A stretch of DNA of 30,235 nucleotides from Myxococcota bacterium (GTDB lineage Bacteria; Myxococcota_A; SURF-8; G963663525), in the NCBI GenBank assembly GCA_963676915.2, contig CAXXVK010000008.1:1-30235 (forward strand), in the 5' to 3' direction. The position numbers were made by a program, and so were the translations under genes. This document shows, piece after piece, positions 1 to 9,780 of the stretch; within the stretch, counting starts at the first letter, position 1; each line of letters starts with the position of its first letter. Below the pieces are notes generated by a model. That model saw only the letters and a program-made list of their open reading frames with translations. It had not been told where the DNA came from and did no database searches.

Positions 1-55
1 AGACTTGAATCTCTAGCAAGTCTATGGCCATGATTTCTCATGCCATATTTTTTTT

Positions 56-83
56 TTGACACAATCGCACCGTGGATGATACT
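56..83 (+). promoter_or_regulatory. Putative sigma70 promoter for phaR-like gene
   Basis: TTGACA (56-61), 16-nt spacer, GATACT (78-83), about 55 nt upstream of ATG 137; T-tract immediately upstream. Confidence 0.4.
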
Positions 84-136
84 TCAAAGATATCGGATAT
101 TCGAAAGGTTTCTATTCGTTTTCCGGGAAAAAATCC

Positions 137-738
137 ATGCACGACGAACCACCGCACGAAACTGTTCTAATTAAACGTTACGCGAACCGAAAACTCTACA
201 ACACCAACGAGAGTTGTTATATCACCTTGCATGAAATCGCAAAGATGATCAAAGCCGGGGACGAGGTGAAGATCATCGATTACAAAACGAGCGAAGACAT
301 CACTTCGGTGACTTTGGCTCAAATTGTATTCGAAGAGGAAAAGCTGCACAAAAAGCTGTCAACTTCGACGCTGGTGGAAATCATCGCCTCGGGTGGCGAA
401 GCGATTCAGGACTTCTTTTCCCGGACCATGAAACTTGGGGCCATTCGAGAAGAGGCGGAAAAGACCGTCGAGTCGCTTGAGAAACTCGTCCCGAAAAGAT
501 AGATGATGCAAAACTGTTTGGCGAAATCTACCGCACTTCTCAGCATAATCTGGAAGAGTTGCAGAAAAAGGTGGATGAAGCCGTTCGTTCCGCATTGGGA
601 CCGGTAACGACCTTTTCGATTCTACGCAAGGAGATTTCAGCGCTTAAGGCCGAAATCGACCTTTTGGAAGCGAAAGTCGGGCAATTGGAAGAGTTGCTCG
701 ATGAGAAAGAAGAAAACGTTTCTGCTCTACAGGAATAA
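137..738 (+). CDS. phaR: Polyhydroxyalkanoate synthesis regulator PhaR-like DNA-binding protein with C-terminal coiled coil (one frameshift at ~491-497)
   Basis: N-terminus IKRYANRKLYNTNESCYITLHEIAKMIKAGDEVKIIDYKTSEDITSVTLAQI matches the PhaR DNA-binding domain. The ORF stops at 502, but adding one A to CCGAAAAG continues into KIDDAKLFGEIYRTSQHNLEELQKKVDEAVRSALG...LKAEIDLLEAKVGQLEELL, ending at TAA 738. Confidence 0.8.
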
Positions 739-750
739 CTTCCTAAAATT

Positions 751-2176
751 TCAATCCTCCGGTCCTACAAGACTGATGATTTGCTTGAATTTTCCCGAAC
801 GTTCGTGACGATCGATGTGCTCGACTTCTTCGAGATGTAAGGTTACACGGCCGTCGAGGTGATGCGTCTTTCAGTCCGCGTTCGAGCACGTTGATGATTC
901 TTTTCCGTACATTTTCCTTCGAAATTTCAGGGACATAGCGAAATGTGATGTCTCGGTGCGTGGTTTGAATAAGCTGGTAGGCTCGCACCTCGTCCAACTC
1001 GACGATAGGACCGAGAAACAGGGTAGGGTGCACCGGTTCCGTCCCGCCTTCGGGGCGTGCGATGTAGAAAATATCATCCGTGCGCCCTTCAACACGCTTC
1101 AGGATGGGAAACGGAAGATTGCAGGAGCATTTTTTCAGAGAATAGCCTGTGACATCGGTCAACTCATAGCGGATAAACGGCTGCAACGTATTGAAAAGGT
1201 TGGTAACCAGGACTTTTTCGCCCAATTGCCATCTGGCACCGGACGATAATCGGCGTCCACAACCTCCAGGATACACAGATCAGACATAACGTGCATTCGG
1301 TAAAATTCCCCACACATGCGAGCCATGACAAGGCATTCCGCCGAGCCGTAGGTGTCCTGAATCGGCATTTTCCATGCGCGCATCGCCAGCTCGCGTGTGA
1401 TGTCCGAAAGCGGCTCTCCTCCGGTAGTGATGGCGGACAATTCCTTCGTGAATTTCAGGGTGAAGCCGACCGGCAAGCTGTTCGCGGGCGAGAATGTCGA
1501 GTACGGAAGGGTAGGCGAAAAGGTTTTTCCGGCTGAAGATGGTTTAACTTTTCGACCATACGGTCTACCGGATCGAACAGCGGAATGATTTCCGTTTTGA
1601 TGAACAACCGCCTGAAATACGGCGTGAAAAACGACGCGCTGTAGGCCGGGTAGGGGCCGCCTGTCATGACAAGAATCGCCATGCGTCCTTTCTCGATGAG
1701 AAGGCTGCTCAGCAGATGTTTCAACTGCTCCAACCCGGTCGGTTCTTTGCGCAAGGCATGGCGGGCGACGAATGCCGCATGGACGACATCCATCGCTTCG
1801 GGAGTGTAGAGAATCAGGGCATTCTCACCCGTACTTCACGATGTCTGAAGCGGGATGTACCGATTTTGGTAGAGTTTGCCCATATTTTCTTTTTTTGACA
1901 GCCATTCGGTGATGTCTTTGCGGTCCAATCCCGGAACGGTCAGAAAGCGGTTGAAGTGCTCCATCATCATGGGCTTGGTGACCACGGGAAGGTCTTCGAG
2001 TTTGCAGGTATTTACATCGATTCCATCGTAGATTTCCCGATAAAAAGGCGAATGTTTTTTCGCTTGATTCAGAATGCGTCTAAGCCGCTGTTGTTGCAAG
2101 GTGTTCAGTTCATCGGGGGTCATATGGTGGACAGCCAGCATTTCCGAATCAAATGGAGTATATTTCGAATGCCCAT
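751..2176 (-). pseudogene. Phenylacetate-CoA ligase / CapK / F390-synthetase family adenylate-forming enzyme, split by several indels and one in-frame stop (possibly sequencing errors)
   Basis: Fragments give QQRLRRILNQAKKHSPFYRE, LEDLPVVTK, P-loop TS*STG (TSGSTG), TTGGEPL, DTYGSAEC, LVTNLFNTLQPFIRYELTD, RVEGRTDD and C-terminal SGKFKQII. RBS GAAGGA precedes ATG 2176; stop TGA at 751. Confidence 0.8.
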
Positions 2177-2268
2177 AAGGTTTCCTTCAACATGCTCGAT
2201 GGAATATTTTAAGACCTTTTCCTGTAGCCTATATTATCACTGGATACAAGCTCGGAATGGAAAACCGT

Positions 2269-4598
2269 TTACCTTTCGGAGTTCACCTTGGAAGAGCCTT
2301 CGAAACGGATGAGGTGAATCAGGGAAGGTGTAATGAAGAAATCGGCCAGCAAGGCGAGGAAAACGGTCATTCCGGAAAGCAGGCCAAACCCAGGCTGTCG
2401 GTGTGAAATTGGAAGTGACCAGCACCCAGAATCCACAGACCAGCACCACCGACGTGAACAGAATAGCTCGACCGGTCGTTGTGAAGGTTCGGGCAATGGC
2501 AAGCTTTCGGTCCTGAGTCTGTTCCAGTTCTCGACGAAACCGCAAAATGAAATGGATCGTATCGTCTACGGCGATACCGATGGCTACCGAACCGAATCAT
2601 CGTTGGTGGCGACGTTGAGGGAAATACCTACCCATCCCATGAGTCCGAGGTTGATCAATACGGGCAGCACGTTGGGAAGCATGGCAATCAGTCCCAGCTT
2701 GATGCTGCGTGTCACGAACATCATGGAAATGCAGATCACGAAAAAGGCCAGCAACAGCGAGGCGACCTGTCCGCGAACCAGGGTCACGACCATGTTGGCA
2801 TAAAGGACACTGGTGCCTGTGACGTGGACCTCAACGGGGTATCCTTCGAAGATCTCAGCGATTTTTGCCTTGCTTTGGTGAATGATATCAATGAGTCTCG
2901 ATGTGCTTTCCACTTTCAGACGAGCCGAGATGCGGGCTTCGTCCGTGGTTGGAGCGAGGATTTCCTCCAGTTTCTCCACTCCGCCGGACGATCGGTACAG
3001 CAACAACATTTGGGCGGCGCGCTTGTCGGGAATCGGGAAGGCGATAGTAGTCTTCGTTGTCCTCGTTGAGCGCTCGGTTGATCTCTTTATAGAAATCGGT
3101 CACAGCAAGAGGATTGTCGATTTCCGCGGGAAGGTTTTCAGCCAGTTTTGTAATTTCTCGACACGTTGCAACAGGTCCGGGTCGTACAGACCGCCTCGCT
3201 CTTCTCTTGTTTCTTCATTCACGCGCAGGGTGATGTCAAAGGGGTGACGCTCCCGACAATCGCCCGTTGATGAACGCGGAGGCGATGCGAATTGGCGCGG
3301 ATTCGTGAAAATACTCGATCAGGCGAGTTTCTACACAGAAGTCTTGGAATGCCGCTCACTGAGGCCAGAAGTAAAATGAAGGTGACAAGCAAGATGGTTT
3401 TCGGTCGGGTTTCGCATAATTTCGTCATAAAGACGAGGAAACGGCGAACCGCGCCTTCATCGAGAGACTTACGTTGTCGAGCTTTAGGAGTGGGTAAAAA
3501 AGAAAGGATCTGAGGGACGACGAACAGCCCTACAACAAACATGATGGTAACGCCTACCGTGGCGAACATACCAAACTTTCGTACGGGCAGCACTTCGGCG
3601 ATAGACAATGACATGAATCCGAAAGCGGTGGTGATGGTCGTCATGAGACAGGGAAGCCACAAGTGGGAAATCGTACGTCTCAGGGCTTCGAATTTTGCAT
3701 GTCCCTGGCCCAACATTTCGTAATACGTAATGATTACGTGGATGGTGATAGCCACCCCGATGACCAAAGCAAGGGGTGGTAGAATATTGTTGATCATGCT
3801 CATACGCTCGCCGATAAGGTATATCCAACCCATCAGCCAGACGCCACCTACCTGAACGACGATAAACGGCAGGATCGTCGCGGAAAACGAGCGAAAACTC
3901 AGGTACAAAAGAGATAAAAGAACAAGGATCGTTATCAGCGTGAAGCTGTTTCTATCTTTGTGCTGGTAGCTGGCGAGAGATCGTGTTTCAGTTACAGGTG
4001 GACCGGCGAGGTAGGCCGGAAAGCGGTCGAACGGCGCTTGCGATATTTTTTCGCGAATAGCTTCGACGGTCACGCCATAGACGTCCGGGTGTTCCTCGGA
4101 GGGTTCCGGGACATCCACGATCACGACACCGACCCGGCGGTCTGTGGAAAACAGCGTGCCGACGTAAGGAGGATGGGCGAAACGCTTCCTTCGCCAATTA
4201 CATCGGCTTGTTGCTGTGTTTGCGGAAGTTCCTTCATCATTTCTTCAACCTGAAGCGCATCGTTGGCATAACGGGCGATTTTCAGGTTGGTCAATGCCGT
4301 GGGTTTCCTCGACGAGCGGGGAGAGCTTCCAAGGCTTCGCGCAATCGTTCCAGGTAGGCCAGGTTATCGGGATGAAACACCGTATCTTTGAAATCAACGG
4401 CAACGATGATGATGTCACCGGCTCCGAAAATCTCCTTCATTCGATTGTTGGAGATCAAGTCGGGGTCGTCGGAAAGCACCATGGATTCGACGGAGGTTTC
4501 GTATTCCACACTTGTTGTATGCCCAACCGCCCCAGAATCGTGAGCGCAAGGACGACAAGAAGCATAGGAATACGCAGTTTTAGAACAAGTTCCGACAT
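2269..4598 (-). pseudogene. MMPL/RND-family membrane transporter, fragmented by multiple frameshifts (possibly sequencing errors)
   Basis: Fragments 4291-4509, 3219-4124, 2584-3009 and 2269-2545 give N-terminal TM MSELVLKLRIPMLLVVLALTILGG, LAGPPV, PCLMTTITTAFGFMSL, VHVTGTSVL, GLIAMLPNVLPV and TTTGRAILFTSVVLVCGFWVL. This is the two-repeat MMPL architecture. Confidence 0.8.
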
Positions 4599-4745
4599 AA
4601 TATGTTACAACCCAGAAGCGTGCGATTTCGAAGATGGGTTCTCAATGTATCTCGCCTTTTGAGAATTACCAACGAAATTATTTCTTTTTTGAACAACTGT
4701 TTACTGTAGTGTTTCAAAGCTGAAAAAAGAAGCTGGAACAAACAA

Positions 4746-4773
4746 GAAGAGCAGGTCACAAGACCTGCTCTTC
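4746..4773 (-). terminator. Rho-independent terminator of the hmc-rnf operon
   Basis: Perfect 12-bp stem GAAGAGCAGGTC-ACAA-GACCTGCTCTTC, 35 nt downstream of the rnfB stop, followed on the minus strand by TTGTTTGTT. Confidence 0.75.
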
Positions 4774-4807
4774 GGCTAATAACATACTGAAATTTCATCG
4801 AAAAACA

Positions 4808-6940
4808 TCAGACCTGCGGTCCGTTTTCCTCTCCTTTGCCGAGTACCCATTCGAGGAAGTTAACCTTCTTGGGTTCACGCTGTTCGTCTTTCGAATAGCA
4901 AATGGTTCCGCATTTGAGGCAACGCTCGGCTTCGCTTGCGATTTCTTCCTGTGTCAAGGTGAATTCCACCTCGTCATAGCTGAGAATTCGTTCTGCCGGA
5001 TCGAGTTCCTTCAAGGTTACGCGGTGGTTGTTGGATTCTACACCGTTGAGATCCGCCAGTAGCGAAACGGTCATCCGATCCGTTTGCATGTTTTTCGGAA
5101 GGGTGATTTCTTCCTCGTTCAGGAAAGAGTGAATGGCGCGGGCGGCTTTACGTCCGCTACCGATGGCGGTGACGGCCAGCAAAGGACCGGTCAGGCCATC
5201 GCCCGCCGCAAAAATCTTCGGAATTCCGGTCTGGCAGGTGTCTTCGTTAGCGTCTAAGGTATTCCAACGGGTTACCACCAAGCCACGTTCTTTGAGTTCG
5301 TCCTCTACGAACGAGGCATCTACACGCTGTCCGATGGCGGCGATAATCGCATCCAGCTCGATGAATTTCTCGGAGCCTTCTTTCGGCACAGGGCGACGAC
5401 GACCGGAAGCGTCCGGTTCGCCAAGCTCCATTTCGATGACTTCCAACCCTTTCATTCGACCGTTTTCATCGGGAACGACCTTGGTTGGAGCCGTGAGGAA
5501 CATGAAATTGATGCCTTCTTCCTGCGCGGCGTGAATTTCCACCGGGTTGGCAGGCATTTCCTTCAAGGTACGACGATAAATGATGCTGACTTCTTTGGCA
5601 CCTTCGCGCAGAGCGGAACGGGATGCGTCGATAGCCGTGTTACCACCACCGATAATCGCCACGCGGTCACCGAGATCCACTTTTTCACCTTGCTCACGTT
5701 TGGCGAGGAAGTGAATGCCGCTCCATACGCCGGGAAGATCTTCGCCTTCCACACGCATCGTCGAGTTGACCCACGCACCAACCGCTACCAGCACGGCATC
5801 GTAATCGCGTTCCAGCTCACTAAGTTGGATATCTTTACCCAAACAAACGCCGGTTTTGGCTTCTACGCCCATATCGAGAATGCATTGGATGTCCCAGTCC
5901 AAAATCCGTTTGGGAAGGCGATATTCGGGAATACCGTAACGTAGCATTCCGCCTAGATGATCCTGGTTTTCGAAAATCGTGGGGCTGTGACCTAAACGAC
6001 GGAGGAAATAAGCTGCCGTCAGTCCAGCCGGACCACCACCGACGATAGCAACGCTCTTGCCGGTATCGGGCAGGCGAGGCAGTTCGAGCGGGCCATTCTG
6101 TGTGCGTTCCCAGTCGGCGACGAAACGTTTGATGGTGTTGTGGTACACCGAATCGTCTCCAATGGTGCCACGGCGGCAACCTTCTTCACAGGGAGCCGGA
6201 CAAACACGACCGCAGACGCTCGGTAGAGGGTTACGGTCTTTGATAATGGTCAATGAGGTTTCGTAATCGCCTTTGGCGGCGGCTTCCACGTAACCCTGAA
6301 TGTCGATCTGAGCCGGGCAGAGTTGACGGCAGGGAGCGAGGCATTCATCCACCGTATTGAGGTGGGTCAGGTAGGAGGACAGAGTCTGAATCTGGATAAC
6401 GTTGTGGGGACAGACCCGCACGCAAGCACCGCAACCACGACAGGCGTCTGCGTTGAATTTCGGATAGCCGTCTTCTCCCATACGGATCGCGTCAAAAGAG
6501 CAAGCCTTTACACAAGAGCCTAATCCGAGGCAACCTTGTGTACAGTTCGAATACCCTCCGAACATGTCCGCCACGGCCTGGCAATCCATCGCTCCATCGT
6601 ACAGAAATGTACTTCCAGCTCGGCGATTGCCACCACAATAAGGTTTTGCGAGTTTGGGTTCCTGTACCGTCACGGCCACCCCCATGGCAGCACCAACGGC
6701 CTTGGCCGCATCGGGACCACCGGCCACGCAGCCGTCAACAGGCGCCTCGCCCTTGACGATTGCCTCGGCCATCGATGAACACCCCGGATACCCGCATCCA
6801 CCACAGTTCGCACCGGGCAGCGCTTCCAGAACTTCATCGATCCGGGGATCGCTTTCGACGTAAAAAACCTTCGAAGCGAAGGCCAGACCGACCGCCGCGA
6901 CGAGTCCTAAAACCACCATCAACGTTGCTGCGCCTATCAT
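4808..6940 (-). CDS. rnfB: RnfB fused to a GltD/NfnB-family FAD- and NADP(H)-dependent oxidoreductase (710 aa)
   Basis: RnfB part: N-terminal TM, LPGANCGGCGYPGC, CLGLGSCVKAC, CRGCGACVRVCP. GltD/NfnB part: APCRQLCP, NPLPSVCGRVCPAPCEEGCRR, FAD motif VGGGPAG, YGIPEYRLP, nucleotide motif IGGGNTAID...IYRRT, AAGD, C-terminal EAERCLKCG. Confidence 0.93.
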   Translation of the reverse strand: MIGAATLMVVLGLVAAVGLAFASKVFYVESDPRIDEVLEALPGANCGGCGYPGCSSMAEAIVKGEAPVDGCVAGGPDAAKAVGAAMGVAVTVQEPKLAKPYCGGNRRAGSTFLYDGAMDCQAVADMFGGYSNCTQGCLGLGSCVKACSFDAIRMGEDGYPKFNADACRGCGACVRVCPHNVIQIQTLSSYLTHLNTVDECLAPCRQLCPAQIDIQGYVEAAAKGDYETSLTIIKDRNPLPSVCGRVCPAPCEEGCRRGTIGDDSVYHNTIKRFVADWERTQNGPLELPRLPDTGKSVAIVGGGPAGLTAAYFLRRLGHSPTIFENQDHLGGMLRYGIPEYRLPKRILDWDIQCILDMGVEAKTGVCLGKDIQLSELERDYDAVLVAVGAWVNSTMRVEGEDLPGVWSGIHFLAKREQGEKVDLGDRVAIIGGGNTAIDASRSALREGAKEVSIIYRRTLKEMPANPVEIHAAQEEGINFMFLTAPTKVVPDENGRMKGLEVIEMELGEPDASGRRRPVPKEGSEKFIELDAIIAAIGQRVDASFVEDELKERGLVVTRWNTLDANEDTCQTGIPKIFAAGDGLTGPLLAVTAIGSGRKAARAIHSFLNEEEITLPKNMQTDRMTVSLLADLNGVESNNHRVTLKELDPAERILSYDEVEFTLTQEEIASEAERCLKCGTICYSKDEQREPKKVNFLEWVLGKGEENGPQV

Positions 6941-6998
6941 GTGTACCTCTCGAATGCCACGTCATTTACGACGCCGCCCGAAAAGAAAATCGAACCCG

Positions 6999-7571
6999 TT
7001 AAATCATTCCTTTGAACGCGAAGAAGGTCAATGACATAAATCCTGCCGTAACCAGACCAATCGCCGTTCCCTGCAGAGGAACGGGAATCGGAGCGAACTC
7101 GAAGCGTTCGCGAATACCCGCGAAAAGGATCAACGCCAGACCGAAACCAGCAGCGGAAGACATGGAAAATACAATGTTTTCCAGCGGGCCGTGTTCGGCT
7201 TTGATACTCAGAAGAGCCGCACCAAGCACCGCACAGTTCGTGGTGATAAGCGGCAAAAAGATGCCCAGCGCCTGATACATCGCAGGAACGGCCTTTCGTA
7301 AAAACATCTCGACGAGTTGGACCAATGCTGCGATGACCAGAATAAAGGCCAGTGTCCGCAAATATTCCAACTCGAAGGGAACGAGCAGGTAGTGCTCGAC
7401 CACCCAGGCGATGAACGAGGCCAGCGTCAGAATGAACAGCACAGCTCCCGCCATACCGATCGCCGTGTCCATTTTCTTCGAAACGCCGAGAAACGGACAG
7501 TTGCCGAGGAACTGAGCCAACAGAATGTTGTTGACGAAAATGGCTCCGATGATCATCAGGAAATAATCCAT
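6999..7571 (-). CDS. rnfA: Rnf electron transport complex subunit A
   Basis: NNILLAQFLGNCPFLGVS and GIFLPLITTNCAVLG with both Fe-S-ligand Cys present; hydrophobic 190 aa protein. Confidence 0.96.
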   Translation of the reverse strand: MDYFLMIIGAIFVNNILLAQFLGNCPFLGVSKKMDTAIGMAGAVLFILTLASFIAWVVEHYLLVPFELEYLRTLAFILVIAALVQLVEMFLRKAVPAMYQALGIFLPLITTNCAVLGAALLSIKAEHGPLENIVFSMSSAAGFGLALILFAGIRERFEFAPIPVPLQGTAIGLVTAGFMSLTFFAFKGMI

Positions 7572-7637
7572 CGTTCAATTTCCCTTAATAGTAAGTGTCG
7601 TGAATCGTTGCATTTCGTTCCAATTCGGTGCTTGTTA

Positions 7638-8246
7638 TCAAGCTTTGGCCTTGGCGACTTTCGGACGCCCAAGGACGTTCATGACGCCAAGCATCAGTCC
7701 CAGGCAGACAAACGCGCCGGGGGCCTGTTGCATGAAAGAGAAGGCTTTGAAATCCGGTCCAAATACCGAGATTCCTAAAAACGTGCCGGCTCCAAGTACC
7801 TCACGCAATGCGCCCAATGCCGAAAGAGCAAGGGTGTAACCGATACCGATACCTAAACCATCGGCAGCGGATAACAACACGCCGTTTTTCCCGGCGAAAG
7901 CCTCAGCACGTCCCAGAATGATGCAGTTGACGACAATCAGCGGGATAAAGATGCCCAAGCTTTGAGAAAGCGAGAAGAAAAACGCCTTCATGAGAATTTC
8001 CACCGTCACGACGAAAGTCGCGATCACCACGATGTATGCGGCGATACGGACTTCCTTTGGGATCACCTTTCGCAACGCGCTGATCAGCATGTTGGACAGC
8101 GTAAGCACGAAAATGACCGATGCTCCCATGCCAATGGCGTTCTCGACGGAAGTCGTCACCGCCAGGGTCGGGCACAGTCCGAGAACCAACCGAAACGGCG
8201 GTATTTCTTTCCAGAGTCCCTTGGTAAATTCCTTAGTAAAACCCAT
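7638..8246 (-). CDS. rnfE: Rnf electron transport complex subunit E
   Basis: LGLCPTLAVT, IPKEVRI, GIFIPLIVVNCIILGRAEAFA and PGAF motifs. Confidence 0.96.
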   Translation of the reverse strand: MGFTKEFTKGLWKEIPPFRLVLGLCPTLAVTTSVENAIGMGASVIFVLTLSNMLISALRKVIPKEVRIAAYIVVIATFVVTVEILMKAFFFSLSQSLGIFIPLIVVNCIILGRAEAFAGKNGVLLSAADGLGIGIGYTLALSALGALREVLGAGTFLGISVFGPDFKAFSFMQQAPGAFVCLGLMLGVMNVLGRPKVAKAKA

Positions 8247-8266
8247 CGTTCGCTCCCGATTCCCGG

Positions 8267-8869
8267 TTACTTGCCTTCGGTCTTGGCTTGTTTCGCGGCT
8301 TTTAGGATTTCGTCTTTATGTTCTTTGTAAAACGTCGTACCTTGGCGAAGCGCTTCACAGACGGCGCGTGACGTTACGGTCGCACCTGAAACGGCATCGA
8401 CTTGTCCGCCATCCGCTTTTACTTTGAAAACGGTATCTTTTTTCATGCCTTTGAACTGCTTCAAAAACGAATCGTTCTTGGCACGAGTTCCGACGCCGGG
8501 CGTTTCGGACATCGTCGTGATGCCGATTCCGATCAAATCGTCCGTTTTCGTGTCGAAACCGATCATGACGCCAACATCTCCGCCAAAACCTTTACCGGAG
8601 GATTCCAAAGCGATGCCGTAAATGTCCGAGCCTTTTTTGGCAGGAAACAGCAGATGCTTGTCTTTCGGTCCCAGCTTGAGTTCGCGGCGGTCGTCGAGCA
8701 GGTTGTTATCGGCATCGGCCATAACCTTTTCGACGGCAGGCATTTTCATGTTCTGCAAAATCTGAACGTCGATACGTTCTTTGGTCCCGTTGTACAATCC
8801 ACCCAGCGCAACCCCGCTGATCAGGCAGATCAAGGACAGCGAGAGGACCATGCTGACGGCTTTAGGCAT
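8267..8869 (-). CDS. rnfG: Rnf electron transport complex subunit G (FMN-binding)
   Basis: N-terminal TM, GKGFGG, SETPGVG and intact flavinylation motif DAVSGATVTS. Start moved to ATG 8869, which has an RBS GGAGAAG. Confidence 0.93.
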   Translation of the reverse strand: MPKAVSMVLSLSLICLISGVALGGLYNGTKERIDVQILQNMKMPAVEKVMADADNNLLDDRRELKLGPKDKHLLFPAKKGSDIYGIALESSGKGFGGDVGVMIGFDTKTDDLIGIGITTMSETPGVGTRAKNDSFLKQFKGMKKDTVFKVKADGGQVDAVSGATVTSRAVCEALRQGTTFYKEHKDEILKAAKQAKTEGK

Positions 8870-9719
8870 AATTCTTCTCCATGGCAATCGGCTTGGGCTG
8901 GATGCGATCGAGCAACGGGGACAACAGGTTACCCAGCAAAACGGCGAACGGTACGACTTCCATCCAGATGCCGTAAACCCGGATCATCATTACCAGGATA
9001 CCGATAATCAATCCGTACAAAAGTTGCGGCAGTTTATTGGCCGGAGAGGTGGTGTTGTCGGTGGACAGGAAGAACAGTCCCAACATGACGTGACCGGTCA
9101 GGAGTTGTTCGAAACATGGTCCGACCGTTTCGGGATATATCTGGTGGAAAATCCCACCACTGACCATCACGCCAACGAAAAAGGCCAATGGAATCCGCCA
9201 GTTGATCCAACGGAAGAGCAGCAAAAACAGTCCACCGGCGGCCACGGCATACACGGACCAGGGATGTCCCGTGCCGATGGTTTCTCCACCGATGGGAGCG
9301 AGCATTCGGGGCCAGGACAACAACAGCATCAGATAGCCGATCAACACCGGATGGAAGGCATAACATCCCAAACCGCCGAAGATCTGTTTCGCGACCACCA
9401 CAGCTAGCGCCATTCCAAGAATCACCATAAATAACGGCACGTTGGGCGGCATCAGCAGGGTAAACAGGATACCCATGAGAATCGCGTGGCCATCCAGCGC
9501 ATAAATCGGTTGTTTGAAAACGTATTGCGTCAAGGCTTCCACAAGAACGCCGGTCACTACGGCCAGCAGCAGCACCAGAAAGGCACGCGGTCCATGCTGC
9601 CACAATGCCACCAGCACGGCGGGAGCCAGCGCCAAAGCCATCATATAATGGCTTTGCACCGTTCCTGCACCCGCTCTTAGGTGAGGAGAAGGTCCGACCC
9701 TGAGTATTTTATTCGCCAT
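8862..9719 (-). CDS. rnfD: Rnf electron transport complex subunit D (short form lacking the FMN loop)
   Basis: SPHL, DGHAILMGILFTLLMPP, AKQIFGGLG..FHP, FLSTDNTTSP and FAVLLGNLLSPLLD. Only 285 aa, with no [ST]GAT motif. Confidence 0.92.
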   Translation of the reverse strand: MANKILRVGPSPHLRAGAGTVQSHYMMALALAPAVLVALWQHGPRAFLVLLLAVVTGVLVEALTQYVFKQPIYALDGHAILMGILFTLLMPPNVPLFMVILGMALAVVVAKQIFGGLGCYAFHPVLIGYLMLLLSWPRMLAPIGGETIGTGHPWSVYAVAAGGLFLLLFRWINWRIPLAFFVGVMVSGGIFHQIYPETVGPCFEQLLTGHVMLGLFFLSTDNTTSPANKLPQLLYGLIIGILVMMIRVYGIWMEVVPFAVLLGNLLSPLLDRIQPKPIAMEKNYA

Positions 9720-9780
9720 TTCGAAACTCCCAAAGATCCGGCTTGTGAAAAAAAAGAAAAAAACCGGAGATTACGGAATG

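Noticed and set aside
491-502. Programmed -1 frameshift in phaR at CCCGAAAAG
   Set aside because: No clear stimulatory structure, and neighbouring genes have many similar homopolymer indels, so error is more parsimonious.
1836-1838. In-frame TGA exactly at the conserved Gly of TSGSTG, suggesting TGA=Gly recoding (code 25) or selenocysteine
   Set aside because: TGA is the normal stop of rnfB, rnfE, hmcC, the epimerase and cobN in this window. A single GGA->TGA change in an error-rich region explains it.
6937-7578. 213-aa alternative-frame ORF overlapping rnfA
   Set aside because: The rnfA frame carries all conserved motifs; this frame has none.
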